DNA from: Bacteroidales bacterium UBA4814
GTDB lineage: Bacteria > Bacteroidota > Bacteroidia > Bacteroidales > UBA7960
Length of the DNA stretch: 64,000 nucleotides
Assembly (NCBI GenBank): GCA_002402465.1
Contig: DHFW01000002.1
Coordinates: 39,027-103,026, forward strand
Reading direction: 5' to 3'
Positions 26,745-35,960 of the stretch are shown piece by piece. Positions within the stretch are counted from its first letter, which is position 1. Every line of letters starts with the position of its first letter. A program made the position numbers and the translations under genes. Under the pieces are notes generated by a model. That model did not search any database. It saw nothing but the letters and a program-made list of their open reading frames with translations, and was not told the DNA's origin.

Positions 26745-28001
26745 TTACCCAAGCATTCTCAGGTAGTTAACTTCTTTTTCGGTTAGGAAACGCCACTTTC
26801 CGCGGGGCAGGTCTTTTTTTGTCAGGCCTGCAAAAACCACGCGATCGAGTTTTGTTACCTTGTAGCCAAACTGTTCGAAGAGGCGCCTTACCACGCGGTT
26901 CTGACCCGAGTGCAATTCAATGCCTACTTCTTTCTTTGTTTCGGCCTTATCAATATATGATACGGCATCTGGCACCACAAGGTTATCGTCAATCTTCACT
27001 CCATTGGCAATTTGTTCCAGATCGGCTTTGGTAACGGCCTGGTCGAGATGCACGTGGTAAAGTTTTCTTACGCCATGACGCGGGTGGGTGAGTTTTTTGG
27101 CTAGTTCGCCATCGTTGGTAAGCAGCAGCAGTCCGGTAGTGTTGCGGTCGAGCCTTCCCACGGGATACACGCGCTCGCGGCCAGCATTTCTGATCAATTC
27201 CAGCACGGTTTTACGGTGCTGTGGGTCGTCGGAAGTGGTTATATAATCTTTTGGCTTGTTGAGCAGGATATATACTTTCTTTTCGTTCACCAGTCGCTGG
27301 GTGCCATACATCACTACGTCGCCGGGCATTACTTTTACGCCCATCTCGGTCACGATTTTGCCGTTTACGGTAATGGCGCCGTTTTTTATAAGCATGTCGG
27401 CTTCGCGCCTGGAGCATACGCCGGCATTGGCAATGTATTTATTCAGCCTGCTGCTGTCGTCGAGTATTTTGCGTGGCTCTCTGCTGCTTCGGCCGGGTTT
27501 GCCTTTGGCATAAGGGCGTTTGGAAGCCGGTCGATCTTTCGAGTAGCTGCGTTCGCTACGTTCTGGTCGGTCACTTGAATAGAGCCTGTCAGATGAGTAG
27601 CTGCGTTCGCCCCTGCCGCTGCGATGGGCAGAGGAAGGTCTGTCAGGAGATTGCCTGCGATTGCCAGTCTGTGGGCGGTCCTTTGAAAAAGGTTTTTCCC
27701 TGGAGAATTTGCGATCGCCGGTTTCTGGTCTGTCTTTCGAAAAGGGTCTTTCCCTGGAAAATTTACGGTCGCCAGCACTTGGGCGATCTTTCGAAAAGGG
27801 TTTGTCTTTGGAGAATTTACGGTCGCCCGATTCGGGTCGATCTTTCGAAAAAGGGCGGTCTTTTTTGTAAGGTCGGCCTTCGGTGCGGGGCCTGTCGGAA
27901 CGGGCCTCACGGCCGGTGCTTTTTCCGGTGGTTTTTGAGCCAGGGCGGCCCGGACGTGCGTTACGCCGGTCTCCACCGGGCCTGGCAGATGTGTTTCTCA
28001 T
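26745..28001 (-). CDS. RluB-like pseudouridine synthase with an N-terminal basic low-complexity extension
   Basis: S4 domain LNKYIANAGVCSRREADMLIKNGAITVNG and catalytic block VYPVGRLDRNTTGLLLLTNDG. About 190 N-terminal residues are R/S/D/K/P-rich. Confidence 0.85.
   Translation of the reverse strand: MRNTSARPGGDRRNARPGRPGSKTTGKSTGREARSDRPRTEGRPYKKDRPFSKDRPESGDRKFSKDKPFSKDRPSAGDRKFSRERPFSKDRPETGDRKFSREKPFSKDRPQTGNRRQSPDRPSSAHRSGRGERSYSSDRLYSSDRPERSERSYSKDRPASKRPYAKGKPGRSSREPRKILDDSSRLNKYIANAGVCSRREADMLIKNGAITVNGKIVTEMGVKVMPGDVVMYGTQRLVNEKKVYILLNKPKDYITTSDDPQHRKTVLELIRNAGRERVYPVGRLDRNTTGLLLLTNDGELAKKLTHPRHGVRKLYHVHLDQAVTKADLEQIANGVKIDDNLVVPDAVSYIDKAETKKEVGIELHSGQNRVVRRLFEQFGYKVTKLDRVVFAGLTKKDLPRGKWRFLTEKEVNYLRMLG
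27679..27870. repeat. 54-nt coding tandem repeat (about 3.5 copies)
   Basis: Units begin at 27679, 27733, 27787 and 27841 (partial). On the gene strand they encode PFSKDRPxxGDRKFS(K/R)(D/E)(K/R). The periodicity also shows in the plus-strand shadow ORF (SFEKGLSLENLRSPxxGR x3). Confidence 0.85.
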
Positions 28002-28043
28002 TCGTTTCTAAAATTGAGGTGTTTAAATTCAACGGTAAATCCG

Positions 28044-28724
28044 TTAAAAAAGTGTCAGGTTTGGATCCTGCCATGGTTTAATTAATTCAGGAGTGTTCAG
28101 TGCCGCGCTGTTCACTTTGGGCGACACTCTGTAGCATTCCATTTCCCCGGAAGGGTATGGAATAAAAAGTTTGTTAAGTTTGCCGGGATCGGATTCGCTG
28201 AGCCAAGTCCGGATGTTTTCTTGGTTGAGGATTACCGGCATACGATCGTGAATGCCTTGTACCAACTCGTTGGCACTGGTGGTAATAATGGTAAAAGCAT
28301 TGGCGGTGGTACCATCGGGTTGCTGTACCTGGTCAAAAAGTCCGGCAAAGGCAAACAGTCCCTCGTTTTTTATCACAAAGCGCCAGGGTTGCCGTGTTTT
28401 CCCCAGCTTTTCCCACTCAAAAAAACCATCGGCGGGAATAAGGCAACGCTTTTGCCGAAGCAGACCTGAGAACATTTTTTTCTGGTGCAACGATTCCGAT
28501 CGGGCATTCATTAACAGGGGTGGCGTTGAGCCCTTGCTTTCCCATGGTGGTTGCAGCCCCCAGCGAAAATGCAGCAGCCTGTCGGGCTGGTTCATTGCGA
28601 TAACCGGCAGCCACTGGGTTGGGGCAGCATTGTAAAGCCCGCCTTCAAAGGCCGCAGGAATGGTAACGCTGAAATGATCGCCAATTTCCCTGGCTTTTTT
28701 ACTTATCGAATATCGGCCACACAT
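28044..28724 (-). CDS. SOS response-associated peptidase (SRAP/YedK family)
   Basis: N-terminal MCGRY with catalytic Cys2; 226 aa; typical SRAP length. Confidence 0.85.
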   Translation of the reverse strand: MCGRYSISKKAREIGDHFSVTIPAAFEGGLYNAAPTQWLPVIAMNQPDRLLHFRWGLQPPWESKGSTPPLLMNARSESLHQKKMFSGLLRQKRCLIPADGFFEWEKLGKTRQPWRFVIKNEGLFAFAGLFDQVQQPDGTTANAFTIITTSANELVQGIHDRMPVILNQENIRTWLSESDPGKLNKLFIPYPSGEMECYRVSPKVNSAALNTPELIKPWQDPNLTLF

Positions 28725-28740
28725 AAAAGCTGGTTTCTAC

Positions 28741-28765
28741 AAAAAAAGGCGCTGGAAGCGCCTTT
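28741..28765 (-). terminator. rho-independent terminator
   Basis: AAAGGCGC / GCGCCTTT stem with loop TGGAA. On the minus strand it is followed by a T7 run. It lies directly after the stop of the 93-aa gene. Confidence 0.7.
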
Positions 28766-28788
28766 ATAACTTTTCGGAATGCCAGGGC

Positions 28789-29070
28789 TCAGCCGGCTAT
28801 TTTGTTCAGTTTGTCAAAAGCGCCATTCACTTTCTCGAGCAATTCATCAAACAGGGCCCGGTAGTAGTTTTTCAGGCTCTGACCGTTTTCATTCACCTCA
28901 GGATTGTTGATGCGGGTGATAAGACTCTCGCGGTACTCGATCATCTCGTTTATGATCTGATCCAGTTCTTCTTGCTTGTCCTGCTGGGTGTACTGGTGAA
29001 TCATGCAAGTACCGATCACTTCGTCGATCAGGTAGTTCAGGTCTTTCTTAAGGTTTTTGATGCTTGCCAT
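28789..29070 (-). CDS. hypothetical small helical protein
   Basis: 93-aa ORF with ATG start and its own terminator. A CAAAATTA box (TAATTTTG on the minus strand) at 29092-29099 lies 21 nt upstream. Confidence 0.55.
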   Translation of the reverse strand: MASIKNLKKDLNYLIDEVIGTCMIHQYTQQDKQEELDQIINEMIEYRESLITRINNPEVNENGQSLKNYYRALFDELLEKVNGAFDKLNKIAG

Positions 29071-29091
29071 TGTAATGTATCATTTTGGCTG

Positions 29092-29099
29092 CAAAATTA
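29092..29099 (-). promoter_or_regulatory. candidate -7 box TAATTTTG
   Basis: Perfect TAnnTTTG on the minus strand upstream of ATG 29070. Confidence 0.35.
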
Positions 29100-29148
29100 A
29101 CAATTGTTTTTGAGCCTTTGCAGAAAAAATTTCTAAAACTTAAGATTA

Positions 29149-29616
29149 TTAAAAATCTATTAATTCGATTTCGTAAACCAGATTGGCATTTGGTGGAATG
29201 TTGAAGTAGCCGTTTGGGCCATAGGCCAGTCCGGAGGGGACAATCAGGATGCCAGTGCTGCCTTTGTCGAATAGTGGGATGCCGTAACGGAATCCAAGGA
29301 TGTTGTTTTGCAGGTTAAACATGGTGTTGTCTTGCCCTCCAAGGTCCTTCCCGCTGAGCAGTTTAAAAGAGTAGTTCAAAGTTACGGTGGAATTTTCGGT
29401 TGGGAAATTTCCGCTTCCTTCCCTGGTTATCAAATAAAACACGCCCGATTCGTGCTCAATGGCATCGATATTGTTTTTCTGGAGGTATTCGATAATTTTT
29501 TCACGGTCTTTTGCTGCCTGTTTTTCGGGGTCGTCGGAGCCACAGGCTGCTACCAGGGCAGCGATTGCAAGCAGGGCCAGCCATTTTACCGGGCTTTTAA
29601 TGCTGTAATTTTTCAT
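29149..29616 (-). CDS. FKBP-type peptidyl-prolyl cis-trans isomerase lipoprotein
   Basis: Lipobox LVAACG. C-terminal FKBP block ILIVPSGLAYGPNG...IPPNANLVYEIELIDF. Confidence 0.8.
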   Translation of the reverse strand: MKNYSIKSPVKWLALLAIAALVAACGSDDPEKQAAKDREKIIEYLQKNNIDAIEHESGVFYLITREGSGNFPTENSTVTLNYSFKLLSGKDLGGQDNTMFNLQNNILGFRYGIPLFDKGSTGILIVPSGLAYGPNGYFNIPPNANLVYEIELIDF

Positions 29617-29683
29617 TGAGTTTAATTGGTTCTGATACTTTTTATTAGTTGCAAATTTACGAAGAAAAGTTGAGCGACAGATT

Positions 29684-29712
29684 TAAAAAAGAAAAAGCCG
29701 GACGAGCCGGCC
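29684..29712 (-). terminator. weak terminator-like hairpin downstream of ftsZ
   Basis: GCCGG / CCGGC 5-bp GC stem (29697-29711). On the minus strand it is followed by TTTTTCTTTTTT. Confidence 0.4.
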
Positions 29713-29778
29713 TTTTCTGAGAAAACAAAACCAAAAGAACACTGAACAAAGGTAAAAAAAAGGAAACTGGTTGGGGTG

Positions 29779-31311
29779 TTAGTCCACATTATCGTGGAGG
29801 AACGAATTATTCGATTTGATCTGTGTGGTGTTGTCGTCGCCTTCGTTGAGGGTGTATCTCGAAACTTGCGATTCTGAGCTAAGCGGTGTATTGTTCAGCA
29901 CTACGTTTCGCCTTACGAAAGCGGGTTGTTTTTCAAGGTCTTGCAGGCCTTCAGGCGTTTTGAGCTTCATGCTGAGTTCGCGCAGGCGTTGTTCACGTTC
30001 CATCATTTTGCGCTTCAGCTCGGCTTCAGAAACCGGGCTTGCTGAGGGTTCGCCCTCGTATGGTGTTTCGCGGGCAGGCCTTTCATAGCTTTGCATCCGG
30101 GTTTCGGGTGTGGCTGGGTTCTGGTTGTTTTCAGAAACCGGGAATTCGAAGGTTACCGGAGCAGGCTCGGGCCTGGTTTCGGTTTTGCTTTCGGCAGGCA
30201 TGTCGGCAGGGGCAGGTGGTTTAATGAACGGCAAGCCGGGTTTATTCTCCTGTTGCATCGGCTGCTGGCTTGCGGCTTGGGTTTGCTCAGACAGGTTCAC
30301 CACCCTTTTTTCTGGAAGTTGTTCGGTTTGAAAAGCGGTGCTTGAAGAGAAACCTGTTGCCACAAGGGTTACGTTGATCTTGGCGCCGAGCGACTCATCC
30401 TTTCCAAGGCCCCAAATAATTTCGGCGGTGCTACCCGATTCCTCCTGGATGTAATCGGTGATCTCGCTGATCTCGTCCATAAGGATTTCTTCGGTTCCGC
30501 TGGTAATGTTGAGAAGAATGTTTTTGGCACCCCTGATGTGGTTGTCGTTGAGCAGGGGCGAAGAGAGGGCCATTTCAATGGCTTGTATGGCGCGGTTTTC
30601 GCCTTCGGCGCTTCCGCTTCCCATAATGGCTACGCCGCTGTTCGACATTACCGTGCGCACATCGGCAAAGTCAACGTTTATATTTCCCGTAAGGGTAATG
30701 ATTTCGGCAATGCCTTTGGCCGCGGTGGTGAGCACATTGTCGGCCCGGGCGAATGCCTCGCTGACCGAAAGGTTACCGTAAAGCTCTCGCAAGCGGTCGT
30801 TGCAAATTACCAGCAGGGTGTCTACATGTTCCTGTAGCTGTTTAATGCCTTCTTCAGCTTGCTGGCGGCGCTTTCGGCCTTCGAACATAAAGGGGATGGT
30901 TACAATACCTACGGTGAGAACGCCCATTTCCTTTGAGGCTTCTGCAATAACGGGTGCGGCCCCGGTGCCGGTACCTCCGCCCATGCCGGCGGTGATAAAC
31001 AACATTTTTGTGCCTTTTTCCAACACCTCCTTGATGCGGTCCAGGTCTTCAATAGCGGCGTTCTTTCCCACTTCGGGAAGGCTGCCTGCTCCGCGGCCAT
31101 CGGTAAGGCTTACGCCCAGCTGAATTTTGTTGGGAACGGGACTCATGTCGAGTGCCTGGCTGTCGGTATTGCACACTAGAAAGTCAACACCTTCAATACC
31201 TTGCTTGAACATATGGTTCACGGCATTGCTGCCACCGCCGCCTACTCCCAGCACTTTAATAATGGAAGACTGGTTTTTTGGCAGGTCGAATTTGATCATG
31301 TCTTTGGTCAT
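29779..31311 (-). CDS. ftsZ: cell division GTPase FtsZ
   Basis: Tubulin signature GMGGGTGTGAAPVIA. Long P/E/Q-rich linker and a PAFVRR C-terminal peptide region. Confidence 0.95.
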   Translation of the reverse strand: MTKDMIKFDLPKNQSSIIKVLGVGGGGSNAVNHMFKQGIEGVDFLVCNTDSQALDMSPVPNKIQLGVSLTDGRGAGSLPEVGKNAAIEDLDRIKEVLEKGTKMLFITAGMGGGTGTGAAPVIAEASKEMGVLTVGIVTIPFMFEGRKRRQQAEEGIKQLQEHVDTLLVICNDRLRELYGNLSVSEAFARADNVLTTAAKGIAEIITLTGNINVDFADVRTVMSNSGVAIMGSGSAEGENRAIQAIEMALSSPLLNDNHIRGAKNILLNITSGTEEILMDEISEITDYIQEESGSTAEIIWGLGKDESLGAKINVTLVATGFSSSTAFQTEQLPEKRVVNLSEQTQAASQQPMQQENKPGLPFIKPPAPADMPAESKTETRPEPAPVTFEFPVSENNQNPATPETRMQSYERPARETPYEGEPSASPVSEAELKRKMMEREQRLRELSMKLKTPEGLQDLEKQPAFVRRNVVLNNTPLSSESQVSRYTLNEGDDNTTQIKSNNSFLHDNVD

Positions 31312-31411
31312 AATTTTCAGGGTTGAAGGTAAATATTTTAAGTAAAAAGGCTTAGCAGAAATTTGTTATTTTATTAACAGATTTTTCCGTCTTATTGTTA
31401 ATAAGATCGGA

Positions 31412-32680
31412 CTAAATGGGTTGGTCTTTTTCAAAGAATTCCATACCTTGATCAAATAACCTCGAGAAGATATTGGTTTTAACCTGGGGCTTGGGTTTTC
31501 TTGTATTGTTTCCTGGCTTCCTAACCTCCTTGCTGTCAAGACCTTTAATTACCAAACCTATGCCGGTGGCATGCATTGGACTTCCGCTTTCGCCCGAAAG
31601 GGTTTTGGCCAGGTGCTCATTGGGATAGCCAATGCGCGTATCCATGCCTGTGATAAACTCGGTGAGCTGGGCGGCGTGGCGCAACTGGCTGCCACCGCCT
31701 GTGAGCACAATGCCTGCAATGAGTTTTTTCTCAAAGCCCGAGTTTTTTATTTCGTACAACACGTGTTCAATAATTTCTTCCATCCGGGCCTGGATGATAT
31801 GGGCCAGGTTCTTGCGCGAAATTTCCTTGGCACCGCGTCCCCTGATTCCCGGAATGGAGATAATTTCCTCGTCCTTGTTTTCGCTGGCCAGGGCTGAACC
31901 GAACATTTTTTTCAGCTCCTCGGCCTGGCTGCGAATAATGGAGCAGCCCTCCTTCACATCGTCGGTAATTACGTTTCCGCCCAGTGGAATTACCGCGGTA
32001 TGCCGAATTATGTCGTCCTGGAAAATGGCAATGTCGGTGGTGCCACCGCCCATATCGACCAGTGCCACCCCAGCTTCTTTTTCTTCGCTGCTGAGTACCG
32101 ATTCAGCCGAAGCCAGGGGCTCGAGGATCATGCTTGAAATCTCGAGGCCGGCCTTCTTTACGCACTTTTCAATGTTTTTTGCGGCCGCCACCTGCCCGGT
32201 AATAATGTGGAAATTGGCTTCCAGGCAAATGCCCGACATGCCAAGGGGCTTGCGCGTGCGTTGCTGATTGTCGATGATAAAATCCTGCGGGATGGCGTGG
32301 ATGATCTCTTCACCCGGAGGCAGCACCAGTTTGTACATGTTTTCGATGAGGTTGTTCACGTCGTCCTGGTTGATCTCATCTTCAAGGCTGTTGCGCATAA
32401 TGTTGCCACGGTGCTGCAAGCTGCGGATATGCTGCCCGGCAATGCCCACGTTTACCAGCTTTATGTCGATGTCAGAGGCTTTGCTGGCTTCATTTACCGC
32501 CTTTATAATTGAGTCAACCGTGTCCTGTATGTTCTCAACCACCCCACGGTTAACTCCCAGGGAGTCGGATCGGCCGAGCCCTAAAATCTCCACCTTTCCG
32601 TATTCGTTTTTTCGGCCAACGATGCAAGCGATCTTGGTTGACCCTATGTCTAATCCGGCGACAATTTCTGATTGTGTCAT
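31412..32680 (-). CDS. ftsA: cell division protein FtsA
   Basis: Actin-like ATPase motifs GLDIGSTKIACIVG and VDMGGGTTDIAIF. Located upstream of ftsZ. Confidence 0.93.
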   Translation of the reverse strand: MTQSEIVAGLDIGSTKIACIVGRKNEYGKVEILGLGRSDSLGVNRGVVENIQDTVDSIIKAVNEASKASDIDIKLVNVGIAGQHIRSLQHRGNIMRNSLEDEINQDDVNNLIENMYKLVLPPGEEIIHAIPQDFIIDNQQRTRKPLGMSGICLEANFHIITGQVAAAKNIEKCVKKAGLEISSMILEPLASAESVLSSEEKEAGVALVDMGGGTTDIAIFQDDIIRHTAVIPLGGNVITDDVKEGCSIIRSQAEELKKMFGSALASENKDEEIISIPGIRGRGAKEISRKNLAHIIQARMEEIIEHVLYEIKNSGFEKKLIAGIVLTGGGSQLRHAAQLTEFITGMDTRIGYPNEHLAKTLSGESGSPMHATGIGLVIKGLDSKEVRKPGNNTRKPKPQVKTNIFSRLFDQGMEFFEKDQPI

Positions 32681-32687
32681 AACAATT

Positions 32688-33479
32688 CTATTTTGAACAA
32701 ATTACCTGGTTACTATACTTCACGTTTATTCTTCTGTAATGGTTCCATCCTGTTCGGGTCAGGCCGTTTTGATAAAAAACCATCAGTTTTTTGAATTTAT
32801 GTTCCATTTGGTCTATGCCTCCAAACTCCACGATATGTCCTCCGTATTTCGGGGTGAGTTCGAATTGTCCGCTTGGGGTTACATAAATGTGATCGATAAA
32901 GGCATTCCAGAAGGGATCGTTTTCGATAAAAGTTGCCATCCGGTGCAAGTCTCTGAGCCTTTGCTCGTTCGAAGATATTTCTTTCGGGTCCTTTTTTTCA
33001 AGCAAATCGGTCAGGGGCGAATACCCGGCATTGATATGGCCGGTGGCAATCAGCACTCTGGCAGTGTAATCGTCGCTCAGGGGCATCATGCGGCCGGCCC
33101 GGTCGATGTAGAAACTATGGTTGTGGGCATTGATTACCCTAAGTATGGGCTGACGTTGTGTAATATCTATGTGCAACTCGCCATTGATATTGCGAAAGAC
33201 GCTGGCCTTCTGCACATAGGGTATGCCCTGAACCACCGATTCAATCTGCCTTAATTTACCGTCGGCAATGGGCTTGCCTTCAATTTCGCTGGTAGCATTC
33301 AGCACCTTGGCTTTTACGGCTTCGGCTTCAATGAAGTGATGCCCGCAGTGGTAATCGATGCTTACCTGCAAAGGGCTGCTGGGAAGCTGACGGTTTTGTT
33401 CCACGGCAAATCCCAGCAAAAGGAACAGACCTGCCGGAATGGCAATCAGAAGCAATATGTTGAGTATTTTTCTGATCAT
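32688..33479 (-). CDS. ftsQ: cell division protein FtsQ-like
   Basis: Single N-terminal TM followed by a POTRA-like region. Located between murC and ftsA. Its ATG overlaps the murC stop (ATGA). Confidence 0.75.
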   Translation of the reverse strand: MIRKILNILLLIAIPAGLFLLLGFAVEQNRQLPSSPLQVSIDYHCGHHFIEAEAVKAKVLNATSEIEGKPIADGKLRQIESVVQGIPYVQKASVFRNINGELHIDITQRQPILRVINAHNHSFYIDRAGRMMPLSDDYTARVLIATGHINAGYSPLTDLLEKKDPKEISSNEQRLRDLHRMATFIENDPFWNAFIDHIYVTPSGQFELTPKYGGHIVEFGGIDQMEHKFKKLMVFYQNGLTRTGWNHYRRINVKYSNQVICSK

Positions 33480-34834
33480 AATCCTTTATTTTTCAAAAAC
33501 ATGACAATTTCGGGCACCAGCCGGTCAATATCGCCGGCTCCCATAGTAAGCAAAACTTCAGGGGGATGTGTCTCCAATTCTGAAATAATTTCTTCTTTTT
33601 TCAACAATTTCTTTTGGGGCAATTCAATTTTTTCGAGTAGCATAGCCGAGGTGATCCCTTCAATGGGCAATTCCCTTGCGGGATAAATGTCGAGCAGCAG
33701 AAGGCGATCTGCCAAAGCCAGGCTTTCGGCAAATTGTTTGGCCAGGTCACGGGTGCGGCTGTAGAGGTGGGGCTGGAAAACGGCCGTAATTTCCCTTCCG
33801 GGGAATAATTCTCTGGCAGCCCCAATGCAAGCCCTGATCTCTTCGGGGTGGTGAGCGTAGTCATCAATAAATACGGTTTTCGGTCCCTGGTGGCAGGTTT
33901 CGAAGCGGCGCTTCACTCCTTTAAAGGTGGAAAGGGCCCGTGCTACCACCTCGGGGGCAATGCCCACAGACCAGGCAATGGCTGCGGCACCCAGCGCATT
34001 TTCAAGGTTGTGGCGGCCCGGCATGCCAAGGGCAAATTGACTGGTTTGCAATAAGCCGTCGATTGCTGTAAAATACTGGCCGTTCTTCACTTCCGTATTT
34101 TTAGACATAAAGTCGGCATTTTCTCCGGTGTAGTAAGTAAGGGTGCGGCCTTTAAAAGCCTGCCCTGCGTGCAGACCTTTCTTTATCACCAGTGTTCCAT
34201 CAGGGTTTATGCGGGCAGCAAATTCGGCAAAGCTGTTTTGCAGGGCTTCTTCCGTGCCGTAAATGTCGAGGTGGTCGGCATCGGTGGAGCTTATAAGGGC
34301 CATGGCCGGCCTGAGGCTCAGGAAGGAGCGATCGAACTCATCGGCTTCCACTACCATCCACCGCGGGTTTTCATCGTCCAGATAGTTTGTCTGATAGTTG
34401 GTGCTGATGCCTCCAAGGAAGGCCATGGTTTTTATGCCGGCGGTTTTCAGTATGTGAGCCACCATGGTGCTGATGGTGGTCTTCCCGTGTGTGCCGGCAA
34501 TGGCAATGGTGGGCAACTGGCCCGAGATCAGTCCAAGCAGTTCGGCTCGTTTTATCACCGGTACGCTTTTCGCACAAAGCGAAGTCAACAAAAAGGAGTT
34601 TTTGGGAATTGCCGGGGTGTAAACAGCCAGGTCGATCTGGGAGGGCAGCACACTCGCCTGTTCGTCAAACCAAACGTTTATGCCTTCGTTTTGCAAAGCC
34701 TCCGTTACGGGTGAAGGGGTTCTGTCGTAACCGCTCACATTTACTCCCCGGGCATTGAAGTAGCGTGCAAGGGCGCTCATGCCAATGCCGCCAATACCCA
34801 GGAAAAAGATGTTATGTAAGCGGTTCATATCCAT
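33476..34834 (-). CDS. murC: UDP-N-acetylmuramate--L-alanine ligase
   Basis: N-terminus FFLGIGGIGMSALARYF, ATP site GTHGKTT, dcw position. Confidence 0.92.
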   Translation of the reverse strand: MDMNRLHNIFFLGIGGIGMSALARYFNARGVNVSGYDRTPSPVTEALQNEGINVWFDEQASVLPSQIDLAVYTPAIPKNSFLLTSLCAKSVPVIKRAELLGLISGQLPTIAIAGTHGKTTISTMVAHILKTAGIKTMAFLGGISTNYQTNYLDDENPRWMVVEADEFDRSFLSLRPAMALISSTDADHLDIYGTEEALQNSFAEFAARINPDGTLVIKKGLHAGQAFKGRTLTYYTGENADFMSKNTEVKNGQYFTAIDGLLQTSQFALGMPGRHNLENALGAAAIAWSVGIAPEVVARALSTFKGVKRRFETCHQGPKTVFIDDYAHHPEEIRACIGAARELFPGREITAVFQPHLYSRTRDLAKQFAESLALADRLLLLDIYPARELPIEGITSAMLLEKIELPQKKLLKKEEIISELETHPPEVLLTMGAGDIDRLVPEIVMFLKNKGL

Positions 34835-34835
34835 T

Positions 34836-35960
34836 TTATTTTGTTTTTACCAGACTGAGTGCTACGCCAGCAATTACATCGGCTGCATCGCGAAACGATA
34901 GCCCTACCAAGCGTTCCTTCAGTCTGAATTTCTTTTCTTCGTCCTTCATGAGGTCGAGCACTACCGGCCCTAGTTTTTTGGTGGCTTCGTTGTCTTTAAT
35001 CAGTATAGCAGCATGATGATTGACCAGGGCCAGGGCATTTTTTGTTTGGTGATCTTCGGCCACGTTGGGCGAAGGGATGAGAATAGCTGGTTTTTGCACG
35101 GTGCAAATTTCGGAAACGGCTATGGCGCCTGCCCGGCTCACCACCACATCGGCTGCGGCATAGGCCAAATCCATGTGGTCGATAAACCGGGTTACATACA
35201 CGCCTTTATCATAGCCTTTGGCCTGCTCAAGAGCCTGCTGGTAATAGATGGTTCCAGTTTGCCATATCACCTGTATGCCGTTTTGCATAAAAAGCGAAAG
35301 GTTTTTGCTGATGCTTTCGTTTATGGTGCGCGCCCCCAGGCTGCCGCCGGTAACAAAAAGTACTGGCTTGTCTGGAGTAAAACCAAAGAAATCCATGGCT
35401 TTTTCGTATTTCCCTTCCATGCTCACAATGTCCTGCCGCACGGGGTTCCCTGTAAGGAACAGCTTTGACTTGTCGAAGAAGCGTTCCATGCCATCGTAGG
35501 CCACACAAATTTTGTCGGCTTTTTTGCCCAGTATTCGGTTGGTAAGGCCCGGAAAAGAATTTTGTTCCTGGATCAAGATAGGTACCCCTTGCTTTGCTGC
35601 CGCCCTTACCAGTGGTCCGCTGGCATAGCCTCCCACGCCGATCACCACATCGGGTTTGAATCGTTTTACGATGTTTCTGGCCCTTAGCATGCTGTCGCAC
35701 AGCTTAAAGGGTACTTGCAGGTTTTTCCAGGTGAGCCTGCGTTGCAAGCCCGAAATATTGAGCCCGATAATATGGAAACCTGCCGCCGGAACCTTTTTCA
35801 TTTCCATACGGCCCTTTGCCCCAACAAAAAGAATCTTGGCATTGTACACCTTCTTTTTGATGGCCAGGGCAATGGCAATGGCCGGGAACACATGACCCCC
35901 GGTACCTCCGCCGGCAATAATTACCCGCAGCGCCTCAGCTTGTTGTAATTGGTCTTCCAT
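34836..35960 (-). CDS. murG: undecaprenyldiphospho-muramoylpentapeptide beta-N-acetylglucosaminyltransferase
   Basis: IIAGGGTGGHVFPAIA N-terminal motif, dcw position. Confidence 0.92.
   Translation of the reverse strand: MEDQLQQAEALRVIIAGGGTGGHVFPAIAIALAIKKKVYNAKILFVGAKGRMEMKKVPAAGFHIIGLNISGLQRRLTWKNLQVPFKLCDSMLRARNIVKRFKPDVVIGVGGYASGPLVRAAAKQGVPILIQEQNSFPGLTNRILGKKADKICVAYDGMERFFDKSKLFLTGNPVRQDIVSMEGKYEKAMDFFGFTPDKPVLFVTGGSLGARTINESISKNLSLFMQNGIQVIWQTGTIYYQQALEQAKGYDKGVYVTRFIDHMDLAYAAADVVVSRAGAIAVSEICTVQKPAILIPSPNVAEDHQTKNALALVNHHAAILIKDNEATKKLGPVVLDLMKDEEKKFRLKERLVGLSFRDAADVIAGVALSLVKTK

Noticed and set aside
27679-27870. Regularly spaced 54-nt repeats as a possible CRISPR-like array.
   Set aside because: The repeats are directly adjacent with no spacers, lie inside a long ORF, and keep the reading frame (18-aa units). 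This is a coding tandem repeat.
29779-30330. An unusually long P/E/Q-rich C-terminal region of FtsZ (510 aa) with several overlapping plus-strand ORFs.
   Set aside because: Extended disordered linkers and extra C-terminal tails are common in Bacteroidota FtsZ. The antisense ORFs are composition-driven shadows.
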